From a virus (lineage: Duplodnaviria; Heunggongvirae; Uroviricota; Caudoviricetes), in IMG/VR virus record IMGVR_UViG_2541047933_000012: 38,540 nucleotides of DNA; one strand, given 5' to 3'. Below are positions 11,596 through 21,674 of the stretch, piece after piece (the first letter of the stretch is position 1; each line of letters starts with the position of its first letter). The notes under the pieces were generated by a model. It made no database searches, was not told where the DNA came from, and worked only from the letters and a program-made list of their open reading frames with translations. Made by a program: the position numbers and the translations under genes.

Positions 11596-12006
11596 GTGTG
11601 CGTTTCTCCTGCTCTATCCTGTTTGCCTGACTGACCAGCAAGGGAATTTCACTGATCGGCATATTCAGCAATTCGAAGGGATTAATGCGCCAGTAGCTGG
11701 CGCAGTCAAAGAAGCGATCAGTGAGGTATTCAGCCGTCAGGCCTGGAGGAAAAAACCAGCCACAAGCCACGCCGCAGCATTCAGGTCTGCCGGAGACATC
11801 TGGTCGACAGAGTTTTGCGGCACTTTCGCCAGCCGCACAATGTATTTCGATACCACATGCGCCAGAAGTCTGACGGACTCATCCTGATTCATCTGGTAGG
11901 GATACCCCAGCTCGCGGACATCTTTCCCGGTGGGCTCATCAAACTCCAGTACGGAGAGTGTCTCGCCATGAGCGGTAATCGGTTTCTTTAACTCAAGCTC
12001 TTTCAT
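11588..12006 (-). CDS. Tail assembly chaperone pair with programmed -1 frameshift
   Basis: 89-aa ORF (11737-12006) ends ...AGFFLQA; a classic slippery heptamer TTTTTTC (minus strand, 11749-11755) lets the -1 frame continue (11588-11755) until it overlaps the tape measure start. Confidence 0.55.
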
Positions 12007-12362
12007 TACTGGTAATCCCCTTCTTCACCGTGGAACTCAAGATCAACCGTCCCTTCTTCGGCATTATGGTTCGCTTCGCCGTGCAGCCAGGCAGACGACA
12101 GTACATAGACCTGACCGTTCGCCAGCTCGGCAGTGATGGTCATCTCATCAGACGAGGTGATTTTGCTCACCGGAAAATTCTTCGGCACCTTGAAGGTCCC
12201 TTTAACATAAGGCGCACGGTGAGTTTCCTTGCGGTCCACTGAACCGTCCAGGCCGATGATGTCATCATTGACCGTCCTGTTCATGGGCACCTCAATGCCG
12301 CCGGTCAGCGATAGCTGCTGACCGTCAATTTTGAAATAACAGGTTCCCCCGATACGGGCCAT
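12006..12362 (-). CDS. Tail tube protein
   Basis: 118 aa immediately downstream of the sheath gene. Confidence 0.6.
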   Translation of the reverse strand: MARIGGTCYFKIDGQQLSLTGGIEVPMNRTVNDDIIGLDGSVDRKETHRAPYVKGTFKVPKNFPVSKITSSDEMTITAELANGQVYVLSSAWLHGEANHNAEEGTVDLEFHGEEGDYQ

Positions 12363-13858
12363 TATGCGGACTCCTCTGAATACTGAAGACGGAACTGGTT
12401 AACCACGGCAAAGACACGCAACTGGTTAACATAGTCAGGCGGGAACAGCGTGTTCAGGCGGTTCGGATCGCTGGCATCACGCTCCACAACCAGGTACTGC
12501 TTAAAAAGTTCGTAGTTTTCCACGATCCCCGCACGCTCAAGCTGACGGTAGGTTGCCAGCAGTTCCCCTTTGATCACCGCCGGGGTGACAATCGCCTGAC
12601 CGGGACCAAAGCGGGTACCGTCGCTGGCAAGCTTGTGACGCCCGTACTTACTGGTAATGACGGATTTCAGTTTGCGCAGTACATACGCACTGGTATGCAG
12701 CGTCTCGCTGTCGAGGTAGCTGTTATCCGCAACCCCGTAAGCGTTTTTCCTGTACGTGGTGACATCACGCTGAATGCGCAGTACCCCGCTTTCGACATAC
12801 GCCGTTGCCACGCCATGAGACAGCAGGGTCTTTTGTTCGGTCATCGTGAACCGTTTCCCCTTCGGCGCAGGCAGCATACCCACCAGCTCACCGGTCTGCG
12901 TGGGACGTGCCGGATCGTTGCGGATAAACACCGCTGCGCGGGCGGTACGGCTTGCCGCCAGCTCGTCGGCAGGCGTCTGGGTGTCTTTTTCGTACCCCGC
13001 CAGGGTAATGTGCTGCTGGTTAAACTGGTCACCTGCGGTCACCAGTTCTGACAGCGTGCCGGTCTTTGCCGTATACACATGACCATACAGCTGACGCGCA
13101 TAGCTCCAGCGACCGCTGGTATCGTTCATCTCGGTCACCAGCGTGTTAACGGAGGCCGTGTCGTTGAACGGCAGGCCGATATAATCAAACGGCTCATCCG
13201 CCATTGCAGCCACAGCGCCGGTGAGAACCGGAGCACCCGTTCCGGCGGTACCCGTCACCACGGCAATCTGTACGCCCGCTGGCAGCACTTCGCCCCCACC
13301 AAAGCCGTAGTAATTGAGGCTGACAGGAATTTCATTCCCGCAAAGCCCCTTATGACGCGCGGTCAGTGTGACCACGCCTGCCGAAGATGAAGCCGTAAAC
13401 GGCAGGGTCGGAACGGCATTGATGGCATCCTGGATACTGCTGGCAATCATCGTAACGTTATCGCCGTTAGTCACCGGTACCTGCACGCGGGTACGTCCCA
13501 CATACACATTCACCGTGCCGGTTTCGGTTGCCGCCCCGGTCACCGTCAGCGTAACCGTTGCCGCCGCGCCTGTGGATTCAGGAACGGCAATCACATACAG
13601 CTCGCCAAACGGGTCAGTCTGGCGATAAGCCTCGACCATACGCGCCAGCTGACTTCCCGCACCACAAATCTGGCGTGCATAGTCTGCCGACGGCATCAGT
13701 ACCAGACTGTTGGCAACAATCTCTGCACCGTTATTGGCATGACCAATCAGCAGCGATGCTCCGCTGTCCTGTGCAGTATTCGCAGCCTGGTTATCCATTT
13801 CCGCATAAAACAGCGGAACCAGCGTATTCGACGGAATGGTGTTAAAGCTTATCGTCAT
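12362..13858 (-). CDS. Contractile tail sheath protein
   Basis: 498 aa, the size and position expected for a sheath protein upstream of tube, chaperone and tape measure. Confidence 0.75.
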   Translation of the reverse strand: MTISFNTIPSNTLVPLFYAEMDNQAANTAQDSGASLLIGHANNGAEIVANSLVLMPSADYARQICGAGSQLARMVEAYRQTDPFGELYVIAVPESTGAAATVTLTVTGAATETGTVNVYVGRTRVQVPVTNGDNVTMIASSIQDAINAVPTLPFTASSSAGVVTLTARHKGLCGNEIPVSLNYYGFGGGEVLPAGVQIAVVTGTAGTGAPVLTGAVAAMADEPFDYIGLPFNDTASVNTLVTEMNDTSGRWSYARQLYGHVYTAKTGTLSELVTAGDQFNQQHITLAGYEKDTQTPADELAASRTARAAVFIRNDPARPTQTGELVGMLPAPKGKRFTMTEQKTLLSHGVATAYVESGVLRIQRDVTTYRKNAYGVADNSYLDSETLHTSAYVLRKLKSVITSKYGRHKLASDGTRFGPGQAIVTPAVIKGELLATYRQLERAGIVENYELFKQYLVVERDASDPNRLNTLFPPDYVNQLRVFAVVNQFRLQYSEESA

Positions 13859-14012
13859 CGGTGTTCACCTTTTTATTCACGCGCCGGATATCACCCGCTG
13901 CTTCACGGCGCAGCCAGTAGTTGTTCTCATCAACATTTCGCCCTTCGGCGGGCAAAAGGTCGCCGCGGGCAGGGTCAGGCACTGACCGCCCTTTAACAGG
14001 TTTCACAAACAT
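13842..14012 (-). CDS. Small hypothetical protein (56 aa), below the ORF-track cutoff
   Basis: ATG at 14012 preceded by GAGGA; encodes MFVKPVKGRSVPDPARGDLLPAEGRNVDENNYWLRREAAGDIRRVNKKVNTDDDKL; its stop overlaps the sheath start codon. Confidence 0.3.
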   Translation of the reverse strand: MFVKPVKGRSVPDPARGDLLPAEGRNVDENNYWLRREAAGDIRRVNKKVNTDDDKL

Positions 14013-14020
14013 GATGATCC

Positions 14021-14581
14021 TCAGGAAGGAAGGGGTATTTCGGTGTGATGTTCGATATCGCCGTCAGACCCGTTACCGGGATCGAGATAATCAACATCAA
14101 TCGCCAGCGTTCGCAGTTCATCCAGACTGTTCAGGTCATCCTGCTGGCGGGTATCGTCTTCGGTCAGCTCTCTGATGACCGAAAAATCGAACTGATAAAT
14201 CAGCTCATGACGATTCAGATCCAGCAGCGTGCCGCCGTCATAGGTAATCGGGTTACCGCACGCTTCCGGGTTCCAGCCCAGCAGGGCCTTAAAGAGCATC
14301 TGCCGGACATCGTCCACCACATCATACGAGGCAAACTGACCGCGCTCATCACGTCCGTTACTCAGTATGACAACCACGGAGAAGCCCTCTTTCAGCTCCT
14401 GCCAGTAGTCGGTCTGGCTTTTGTTTTCTCCCGGAGAGTCATCACCCGGTACCACATATGCCGCCGGGAGTCTCAGCTTTCCGACCTCCGGCAGATTTTT
14501 GAACTGTGCCGCGCCTGCCACCCGGTTTTCAAAATACGGGCAGCGGGCACGCAGCGCAGCAATAACAGGCGTCAGTTTCAT
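14021..14581 (-). CDS. Tail completion / virion morphogenesis protein (DUF1834-like, Mu gp37-like)
   Basis: 186 aa between the head-tail joining genes and the sheath. Confidence 0.45.
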   Translation of the reverse strand: MKLTPVIAALRARCPYFENRVAGAAQFKNLPEVGKLRLPAAYVVPGDDSPGENKSQTDYWQELKEGFSVVVILSNGRDERGQFASYDVVDDVRQMLFKALLGWNPEACGNPITYDGGTLLDLNRHELIYQFDFSVIRELTEDDTRQQDDLNSLDELRTLAIDVDYLDPGNGSDGDIEHHTEIPLPS

Positions 14582-15084
14582 CTGCGTCGTCGCTCCGGCT
14601 TCAGTGATTTACGTAATTCCCGCGCCAGAAAATAGCGTGTCCAGCTGCGGTTCTTTTCAAGCGTTTCCACCATAAAGTTATTACGTGGAGCCAGTCGCCA
14701 GCCGCTGCCACCGGATGCACCACGATGATGGCTGCGACGACGCTTTGCCCCTCGCCTCACGCCATAGAACAAAAAAGCCGGATAAAAATCACCGGTGATA
14801 CGGCGGTTTCCCTCTCCATTACGCTGGTTAGGGGCTATACGTGCCATAAAACCAGGGCGATGTTTACTGGCTCTGGGTACCATGTAACCAATCGAACGAG
14901 CCAGGCGTCCGGTCTGATAACCGGGGTTTTCACCCGGTGCCGACCGCGCACGGCGCATCACCAGCCGACGGGCATCACGCATATGACGCTGACCAATCGT
15001 GACAAACGCCCGCCGGACACGGGCGCGGTTAAAGCGCATCTCCGCGGGCTGCTGAAAATCAACGTGCAAAAAGGAAGTCGTCAT
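14578..15084 (-). CDS. HK97 gp10-like neck / tail-completion protein
   Basis: 168 aa, basic and Arg-rich; in the head-tail connector gene block. Confidence 0.45.
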   Translation of the reverse strand: MTTSFLHVDFQQPAEMRFNRARVRRAFVTIGQRHMRDARRLVMRRARSAPGENPGYQTGRLARSIGYMVPRASKHRPGFMARIAPNQRNGEGNRRITGDFYPAFLFYGVRRGAKRRRSHHRGASGGSGWRLAPRNNFMVETLEKNRSWTRYFLARELRKSLKPERRRR

Positions 15085-15469
15085 TGTTGCCTCCGTGACT
15101 CTGCCTACATTCGCCCAGCTCCGTACACTCCAGCAGCAGAAAGCGCCGCGCCCCGTTCAGATCGCGCTGACGTTTCACCCGGTACACACTGTCACCGCAG
15201 ACCACCTCATAATCAGCGGTAATCCCCCGGCGGTAACGAATGGTGATGTAATGGGTGATGGCGTCCCCGGTCTGCGCGGTTTCCTGCCAGGTGGTGGCAC
15301 TGGTCTGGATAACCTTCGCCCATGTCCGGAACGTAATCAGGTATTGAGGCTCCACGCCAAAGTTATCCGCGGGCATATCCACCCGCAGGCGGATCAGGAC
15401 GCGTTTATTCAGTTCACCGGGGTCCGGCAGAATGTAGGTTGCGCTGGTCTGCGCCTGACGAATTTTCAT
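15059..15469 (-). CDS. Head-tail joining (head closure) protein
   Basis: 136 aa following the gp6-like connector gene. Confidence 0.5.
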   Translation of the reverse strand: MKIRQAQTSATYILPDPGELNKRVLIRLRVDMPADNFGVEPQYLITFRTWAKVIQTSATTWQETAQTGDAITHYITIRYRRGITADYEVVCGDSVYRVKRQRDLNGARRFLLLECTELGECRQSHGGNNDDFLFAR

Positions 15470-15789
15470 TGCGGAAAGTACCTGTACGGGCCGACAAGCC
15501 AGCCAAAACTCTGCGGCATGTCGAGTTTCTCCACTTCCGTAACCGACGAGCGGTTTTCGTAAAAATGGCTGATAAGCATCAGCATCCCCAGACGAATATC
15601 ATCCGGCAGGTGCAGCCCGTCCGGATCGCTGTCCGGAATGGTTTCATCCGGTGCATAGAGCTTCCGGTTCAGATACGTTTCCGTCCGCTTTTGTGCCGCA
15701 CAGGCCAGCAGTTGCAGATGGCGGTCATCAGCATCGAAATCCTCATCCAGCCGGAGTTGGGCTTTAATCTCTTCCATTGTCAGAAGCAT
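15466..15789 (-). CDS. Head-tail connector protein (gp6-like)
   Basis: 107 aa downstream of the major capsid gene. Confidence 0.5.
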   Translation of the reverse strand: MLLTMEEIKAQLRLDEDFDADDRHLQLLACAAQKRTETYLNRKLYAPDETIPDSDPDGLHLPDDIRLGMLMLISHFYENRSSVTEVEKLDMPQSFGWLVGPYRYFPQ

Positions 15790-15791
15790 AC

Positions 15792-15992
15792 TCAGCCCTC
15801 TTTACTGGTCGTGGCTTTTTTCTCTTTTGCCGCTTTACTGCTTTTTGCACTGATTCCGCGCTCTGCTAACCCGGCCTGAAGTGCAATCTCCTGCACCCGG
15901 GCAGGAAGCGCCCCATCGTCATACTCACCGGCCCGAATGACCTCAACACGCATACCGTCCGGTGACCATTTCAGATCTTGTTTCAGGATCAT
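15792..15992 (-). CDS. Small hypothetical head-module protein
   Basis: 66-aa ORF between the capsid and connector genes. Confidence 0.3.
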   Translation of the reverse strand: MILKQDLKWSPDGMRVEVIRAGEYDDGALPARVQEIALQAGLAERGISAKSSKAAKEKKATTSKEG

Positions 15993-16041
15993 GATTCTTC
16001 ACCCGTCAGAACAGGGGGCGCGGTTCCGCGCCCCTGAGTGA

Positions 16042-17247
16042 TTACGCCGCTGCAATCTTCAGCAGTTTGATGGCCTGCGAATCGACCAGCATCCCGCCGG
16101 TGCGCTTGGTGGTATAAAAACCGACAAACGGTTTATTGGTGTACGGGTCACGCAGAATGCGGGTGCCGATACGGTCAACGATGGTGTAACCCCGTTTGAA
16201 GTTACCAAATGCAATGGCTTTCGCATCAGCGGCGATATCCGGCATCTGTTCGTTTTCAGCGATACCGTAACCCGCCAGAGAGGACGGCTGCCCCAGTTCC
16301 AGCCCCGGACGCCACAGATAGTTACCCTCGCTGTCTTTAAGCAGACGGATGGCAAACAGGCTGTTGTTGTTCATCATGAACTTCGCGCCAGTGCGGTGTG
16401 CCTTACGCAGCGTGTAAATCAGTTTGATAATGGCGTCTGCGGTCACCGCCGTCGCTTCGCCGGATACAATATGCTGAAGTTTGCCGAACGCCCGGACCTT
16501 ATCGGTTTCATCAGTGGATTCATACGCCAGGAACCCTTTCGGCTTCTTGGTACCATCGCCGGTGGTAAAGGCAATTTCTTCCTGTTCGGCAAATTCGGTT
16601 GCCAGCTCGCTGTTGATCCATGCTTCCACGTTGAAAAAGGCATCATCCAGCATTTTCTGGGTGGCCTGCGGGTTACCGTAGATTTCCCCCATGAAAGGTT
16701 CAATCAGGCCCAGTTTTGAGGTGGCAGTCTGGGAGCGCGCGTCAGTCTCGCCAACCCATCCGGAAGCCGTGCCGCCCAGATTCACCAGTTTTTTGTAGTC
16801 GGAACCACCAACGGTGATCACCGTGGCTTCCTGGCGCATCACCACTTCATCTTTCAGCAGGGTGAGAATGTTGCGATCCAGTGCTTCCGGCACGGCATAG
16901 CCGCCGTCTTCATCGGTGCCCACCTGCAATGCCTTGCGCTCCAGATCGCGCAGACCATCTTCACGGCCTTTACGCAGGAAGCCCACAAACGCTTCTTTAT
17001 GCTCGGTGGCCAGTTTATTTTGCGCACCACCTGCCGGACGTTTCAGCTCAAGCAGCTCTTTTTCAAGATCGCTTTTGAGGTTTTCCAGCTCGCTGAGTTT
17101 CCCGTTCAGGGTTTCCACCTGCCCGGCAAGTTTGCCTTTTTCCTGCTCAATCGCATCCACGCGCTTGTCGTTCTTTGCTTTGAAGTCGTCAAACTTCTGC
17201 TGCAGCTCCTGCGCGACCTGTTCGACATCTTTAATATCAACCGCCAT
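16042..17247 (-). CDS. Major capsid protein, HK97 fold
   Basis: 401 aa with an N-terminal coiled-coil delta domain, directly after the prohead protease. Confidence 0.8.
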   Translation of the reverse strand: MAVDIKDVEQVAQELQQKFDDFKAKNDKRVDAIEQEKGKLAGQVETLNGKLSELENLKSDLEKELLELKRPAGGAQNKLATEHKEAFVGFLRKGREDGLRDLERKALQVGTDEDGGYAVPEALDRNILTLLKDEVVMRQEATVITVGGSDYKKLVNLGGTASGWVGETDARSQTATSKLGLIEPFMGEIYGNPQATQKMLDDAFFNVEAWINSELATEFAEQEEIAFTTGDGTKKPKGFLAYESTDETDKVRAFGKLQHIVSGEATAVTADAIIKLIYTLRKAHRTGAKFMMNNNSLFAIRLLKDSEGNYLWRPGLELGQPSSLAGYGIAENEQMPDIAADAKAIAFGNFKRGYTIVDRIGTRILRDPYTNKPFVGFYTTKRTGGMLVDSQAIKLLKIAAA

Positions 17248-17261
17248 CGTATTTCTCCTGA

Positions 17262-17948
17262 TTAGAAGTTCAGATTTTTCAGTGCATTCAGTGCAGAGCC
17301 CACATCCTCAGCGTCGCGCAGGGACAGTGCGCCATAGCCCCCGGCCATGAATGCTTTGGCCTGGGTACGGGAGAGTCCGACATCACGCAGGACTCTTTCG
17401 ATTTTTTTCTGTTCGGGGATTTCCCCGCGGGCCAGTGCGTTCTTGACGTCGCTGATCCGCGCCTCGTCGTTAGACGGGAACGTCACCAGGCTGACTTCCC
17501 AGAGGTCGATTTCTTTCAGCAGAAAGGCTTCTTTGCTCCGGTCGTATTCCCAGTCTTTCAGGACGTACCCAATAGAAAGGCCGGTTAACGAACCGGCCTT
17601 CATGTGTGCATGTGCGCGTTTTGCGAGGGGATCATCATCAATAAGCAACCGTCCCCTGACGTAAAGCCCGACATCGTCTTCCTTCATTTCGGTGTAAACA
17701 CCGATGGGTTCATCCATGCGGTGCTGCCAGAGCAGCGCAGGTAACGCTTTTCTGTCACTCCACGCCCGCAGGGAAGCAGCAAATGCCCCGGACATCACCA
17801 CATCATCGTGGCTGTCCTTTACACCAAAGACGGAGCCATACCCTTCAAACTCACCGGAGTCACTGACAGATTTCAGACTCAGCGGTACATCAAGACGTTG
17901 TTTCGTCTGCATTGGCGTTATCCTTCTGCTTACCGGCTTTACTGCCAT
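17262..17948 (-). CDS. Prohead protease (HK97 family)
   Basis: 228 aa between the portal and capsid genes. Confidence 0.7.
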   Translation of the reverse strand: MAVKPVSRRITPMQTKQRLDVPLSLKSVSDSGEFEGYGSVFGVKDSHDDVVMSGAFAASLRAWSDRKALPALLWQHRMDEPIGVYTEMKEDDVGLYVRGRLLIDDDPLAKRAHAHMKAGSLTGLSIGYVLKDWEYDRSKEAFLLKEIDLWEVSLVTFPSNDEARISDVKNALARGEIPEQKKIERVLRDVGLSRTQAKAFMAGGYGALSLRDAEDVGSALNALKNLNF

Positions 17949-19131
17949 CGGAGGGTTTCGTGGTCATGTTCATCGGTGTGAGATAGACATCCCCACCGGG
18001 ACGGGGATTCATATCTTCCAGGTCGCGGCAGTCATTGGGAGAGTAAATTCCCCAGTTAATCCCGGTGGCGTAGGCTTCAAAACGGGACTTCATATCCCCG
18101 CGCAGTAACGCCCCGGCGTTAAATTTGGCGTAATAAACGCCCTGCTTACTTTTTCGAACCAGTCCGGTGTTGATCCGCTGCTCGATGCGGGTCAGATACG
18201 GCACCAGTGAATAGTTGATAAATCCCAGCCCCAGCTCTTCAATATTGTTGAAGGTGGCGCGATCGGTGTTCTGCACCATGTGCAACGGCACCCGGAACAG
18301 ACGACAGATTTCTTCAAGCTGAAACTTGCGGGTTTCCAGGAACTGGCTGTCCTCGGCGTTCAGCGCCATCGACTTCCAGTCCAGCCCCATCTCAAGGATC
18401 ATCGGGCGGTGAGCATTACCAAGCCCGGTGTGACGCTCCTCAAAATCTTTCTTCAGGCGCTCGTAAGCCTGATCTGACAGCGTCTGCTCTGTACGCAACA
18501 CACCCGACGTCACCGCACCATTGCTGAACAGTCTGGCCCCGTGCTCTTCGGTCGCAGCTGCCAGCGATATTGCCTCGCGGGCATAGGCGATGGGATTCAG
18601 CCCCACCAGACCGTCCAGCGTCAGCGTGCGCACATGCCAGATATCTTCCTGGCTCAGCACATCCGTGGAGCCGTCCGAGAATGTGACCTGATAGACCGGC
18701 TCCCAGCTACTGTTAAGCTTCGGTACCACACAGCCAGGATCGACGGGCAGCAGTTCAGCCACTTCGCCAAATGCTTTCACTTTGTAGGCGTAAAAGTTTC
18801 CCCGCAGGCACAGACAGGTGACCACCAGCTCCCAGAACTCCTGCGGCGTCATATAGCCATTGGGATGCGTGGAGATCAGCTTATGCAGACGTTCGCCGGT
18901 GGCCCTCTGTTTCAGGCTGCCGTTCAGGTGATACAGATTGCAGGGCAACATCCCGACCGACTCTGCCAGCACCCTGACGCAGGAAAAAACCGCCGTCAGT
19001 CGCATGGCCCGCTGGCTGCTGATCTGCTTTCCGGTATAGGTGTCGTATGACAGCCCGATAGCCTCCGCCAGCTCTGCTGGCGTGGTCACCGGCGCGTCAC
19101 TTTTTCGTTGAAATAATCCCGAAAAGAACAC
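17890..19131 (-). CDS. Portal protein (HK97 family)
   Basis: 413 aa; GTG start at 19131 preceded by GGAGG. Confidence 0.8.
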   Translation of the reverse strand: MFFSGLFQRKSDAPVTTPAELAEAIGLSYDTYTGKQISSQRAMRLTAVFSCVRVLAESVGMLPCNLYHLNGSLKQRATGERLHKLISTHPNGYMTPQEFWELVVTCLCLRGNFYAYKVKAFGEVAELLPVDPGCVVPKLNSSWEPVYQVTFSDGSTDVLSQEDIWHVRTLTLDGLVGLNPIAYAREAISLAAATEEHGARLFSNGAVTSGVLRTEQTLSDQAYERLKKDFEERHTGLGNAHRPMILEMGLDWKSMALNAEDSQFLETRKFQLEEICRLFRVPLHMVQNTDRATFNNIEELGLGFINYSLVPYLTRIEQRINTGLVRKSKQGVYYAKFNAGALLRGDMKSRFEAYATGINWGIYSPNDCRDLEDMNPRPGGDVYLTPMNMTTKPSDGSKAGKQKDNANADETTS

Positions 19132-19313
19132 TATTTACCTCCGCCGACAGACAGCTGTGTACGATCGAGATATCGCGCCACCAGCCACGACCAGAACAGG
19201 CACAGCGCCCCGGCAACAACAAAACCCGCCGGGGGATAAATCAGCCAGGCACCATATGCCAGCAAAAGCGCACCCAGCACGCCCACCAGAGGCGCGAGAA
19301 TCAGCATGATCAT
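19131..19313 (-). CDS. Small two-TM membrane protein between large terminase and portal
   Basis: 60 aa, almost entirely hydrophobic; GAGGT ribosome-binding site upstream; its TAG stop overlaps the portal GTG start. Confidence 0.4.
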   Translation of the reverse strand: MIMLILAPLVGVLGALLLAYGAWLIYPPAGFVVAGALCLFWSWLVARYLDRTQLSVGGGK

Positions 19314-19324
19314 AATTACCTCAG

Positions 19325-21058
19325 TTAAAGCGAGCGGATCCCGTAGGACTCAATGTGGTCAGACAGCGTGTCTTCTTTCTCGTACAACATGGCTCTGCCA
19401 ACCGCCATAATCAGCGCAACTGCACCATCGATTTTGTTTTCCGCCTGCTCTTTGACGGGTTTCACCACATCATCGTTACCCGGAATGGTTTTGCCGACCA
19501 CGTTGCCGATACACCAGGTCATGATGGGATTGCCATCATGATGAAAGCGCCCCGATTCAATTGCCGCTTCCAGCTCTTTCATCGGGTCGGACATGTTGGT
19601 GTAGTTCTGAATGATAGTGATGGGGTTCAGGTCTTCATCAGCAAGGTCATGTGACAACCCGGTCGCCCCGAAGGGGTCGATGGGTGACTCACTGACCGGG
19701 CTGATTTTGTTCGCCGCTTTGGCCTCCTCGAGGATGTAGCGATAATCCACCTCCGCACCATCGGTAACGGTCAGAACGCCCATTTCCACCCATTTCTGAA
19801 AGCGTTCGGCTGTCCGTCGATCTTCATTTTTCTCGACGCTGTACACCGTGTCATACGGTACCCAGAAACGCGGGGCCACACTGTAGTAATGCGTTTTACC
19901 GTCAATCTCGCGGGTATAAAGTCGCGCCATGCTGTTCATATCCAGCTTACGCGCCAGGTCAAAGGCCAGAATGCACGGCTGCCCCTCGAACTGCTCAAGG
20001 GTCAGTGATTTATCCTCGCAGCTCTGCCAGCTCACCAGGTTGAAATACGCCGAACGCGCCGACACCCAGATATTGAGGTGTTTTGTTTTAAAGACGTTTG
20101 CCAGACGGGCGTTATTTTTCGCACGCTGCTGCTGACTTAACAAAAATTCGCGATAAACCGACACGCCAATATTTGGATTGGCTTTTTCCAGCACCTGCGG
20201 GTCGGTCCAGTCGTCACCTTCATCAACGGTATAGATGATCCCGAACAGTTCATCGTTAGGCACCGAGCCATTGAGCATCTCGATGACTTCCCGCCGCTTG
20301 TCGTAGCACGGCCCCTCAATGTTGTACCCGGCGGTGGTGATAGCCCACATCAGTGGCTGACGTCGCGCCCCCATCCCGGTAAGCATCGTGGTGTAAAGCG
20401 CATCGGTGGCGTGCTCGTGATATTCATCCACCACCGCACAGTGGGGTGATGAACCATCACCGGGGTTACCGATCAGCGGTTCAAACCGCGCGCCATCCTC
20501 CGGACGGTTCATGTTTGAGGCGTTAACCTCAATCCCGAACGCTTCCGTCAGCATGGGTGTGCGTTTACACATCAGTCGAGCCGGGCGAAAGACTTCCCAC
20601 GCCTGTTTCTCTGTCGTGGCACCGGAATACACTTCCGCGCCAAACTCGTTATCACAGGCAAAACAATACAGGGCAACACCGGCAGAGATTGCCGATTTGC
20701 CGTTCTTACGGGGGATTTCGGTATACACCTCCCGGAAGCGGCGCAGCCGGGAGCCTTTATTGACCCAGCCAAACGCGCAGCAGATCACAAAGAGCTGCCA
20801 CGGCTCCAGCGTGATGGGCATCCTCTTAAATGCCCACTCACCCTTGGTGTGCGGCAACAGCTGAATAAATTTGGCGGCCCGTTCAGCCAGGTCCTTGTCG
20901 AAGCGGTAACGAAACGACTTACTTTTTTCCGCCATCAGGTCATCAAGATGGCGCTGGCAGGCCTGAATCACAAACTGGCAGGCCACAATCTTTCCGCGCA
21001 CGACATCCCGGGCATACTGATTGGCAGCATTTACGTTGGGGTAAGATTTCCGGCTCAT
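19325..21058 (-). CDS. Terminase large subunit
   Basis: 577 aa, the size and position expected for TerL, downstream of the small subunit with a 4-bp overlap. Confidence 0.9.
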   Translation of the reverse strand: MSRKSYPNVNAANQYARDVVRGKIVACQFVIQACQRHLDDLMAEKSKSFRYRFDKDLAERAAKFIQLLPHTKGEWAFKRMPITLEPWQLFVICCAFGWVNKGSRLRRFREVYTEIPRKNGKSAISAGVALYCFACDNEFGAEVYSGATTEKQAWEVFRPARLMCKRTPMLTEAFGIEVNASNMNRPEDGARFEPLIGNPGDGSSPHCAVVDEYHEHATDALYTTMLTGMGARRQPLMWAITTAGYNIEGPCYDKRREVIEMLNGSVPNDELFGIIYTVDEGDDWTDPQVLEKANPNIGVSVYREFLLSQQQRAKNNARLANVFKTKHLNIWVSARSAYFNLVSWQSCEDKSLTLEQFEGQPCILAFDLARKLDMNSMARLYTREIDGKTHYYSVAPRFWVPYDTVYSVEKNEDRRTAERFQKWVEMGVLTVTDGAEVDYRYILEEAKAANKISPVSESPIDPFGATGLSHDLADEDLNPITIIQNYTNMSDPMKELEAAIESGRFHHDGNPIMTWCIGNVVGKTIPGNDDVVKPVKEQAENKIDGAVALIMAVGRAMLYEKEDTLSDHIESYGIRSL

Positions 21059-21558
21059 GATTCGATGATTTTCAGAAACGGGTTAGTGGCTTTCTTCTGC
21101 CCCGCCAGGCCAATCAGACGCTGACGGCTGCTGGGGTCGAGTCCGAGCATTGCCCCCGTGCTGCTCATCTCGGACTCCTGTTCTTTTTTGGCTGTCAGCT
21201 CCGGATTTTTGACCCTGCCGCCCATTGCGCCGGTGATGGTATTGCCCTGTATGGCAATATTTTTCACAGCACGTCGCCAGAACTCATAGGCCACGCACCA
21301 CCGCTCAAGCACCGCGAGGTCAGTCACGCACAGCAGGCCCTGACCGCAGAGTTCTTTGGTTGTCAGTTGCCACATGATCGTGGCGAGAGGGAGATCTTCT
21401 TCAGCGAACCACTCCGGTGGCTCAACACCTTTGATGGGCGTAAAAACAGGTTCATCTTTGTTCAGGGCTCGCTTGCCGGGGTTTCCGGCCAGCGCCTTGC
21501 GCGCCGTTGGCTTGGGGCGACGCCCGGAACGCCCCGCCGTTCCAGCCATATGCGGCAC
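21055..21558 (-). CDS. Terminase small subunit (P27 family)
   Basis: 167 aa, basic N-terminus; directly upstream of the large subunit. Confidence 0.7.
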   Translation of the reverse strand: MPHMAGTAGRSGRRPKPTARKALAGNPGKRALNKDEPVFTPIKGVEPPEWFAEEDLPLATIMWQLTTKELCGQGLLCVTDLAVLERWCVAYEFWRRAVKNIAIQGNTITGAMGGRVKNPELTAKKEQESEMSSTGAMLGLDPSSRQRLIGLAGQKKATNPFLKIIES

Positions 21559-21674
21559 TCCTGGTTAAATTTCATTTTTCGCGGGTATAAAAAAACGATG
21601 GGGCGGGCAGTCCGGAAGACGTCAGGTCACAGGGATTTGACCCGCCCCTCCCCTCAGAAAGTTGAGAATTATTA
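21559..21674. other. Candidate cos / packaging-recognition region
   Basis: HNH-to-small-terminase intergenic region with a G-rich inverted repeat GGGGCGGG...CCCGCCCC; this is where HNH-associated HK97-like phages carry cos. Confidence 0.3.

Noticed and set aside
14045-14635. 196-aa plus-strand ORF
   Set aside because: It is antisense to the tail-completion gene in a region where all structural genes are on the minus strand and coupled; sequence is low-complexity and Arg-rich, as expected of a reverse-strand artefact.
16916-17350. 144-aa Ser/Pro-rich plus-strand ORF
   Set aside because: It is antisense to the major capsid gene; the composition fits a shadow ORF in GC-rich coding DNA.
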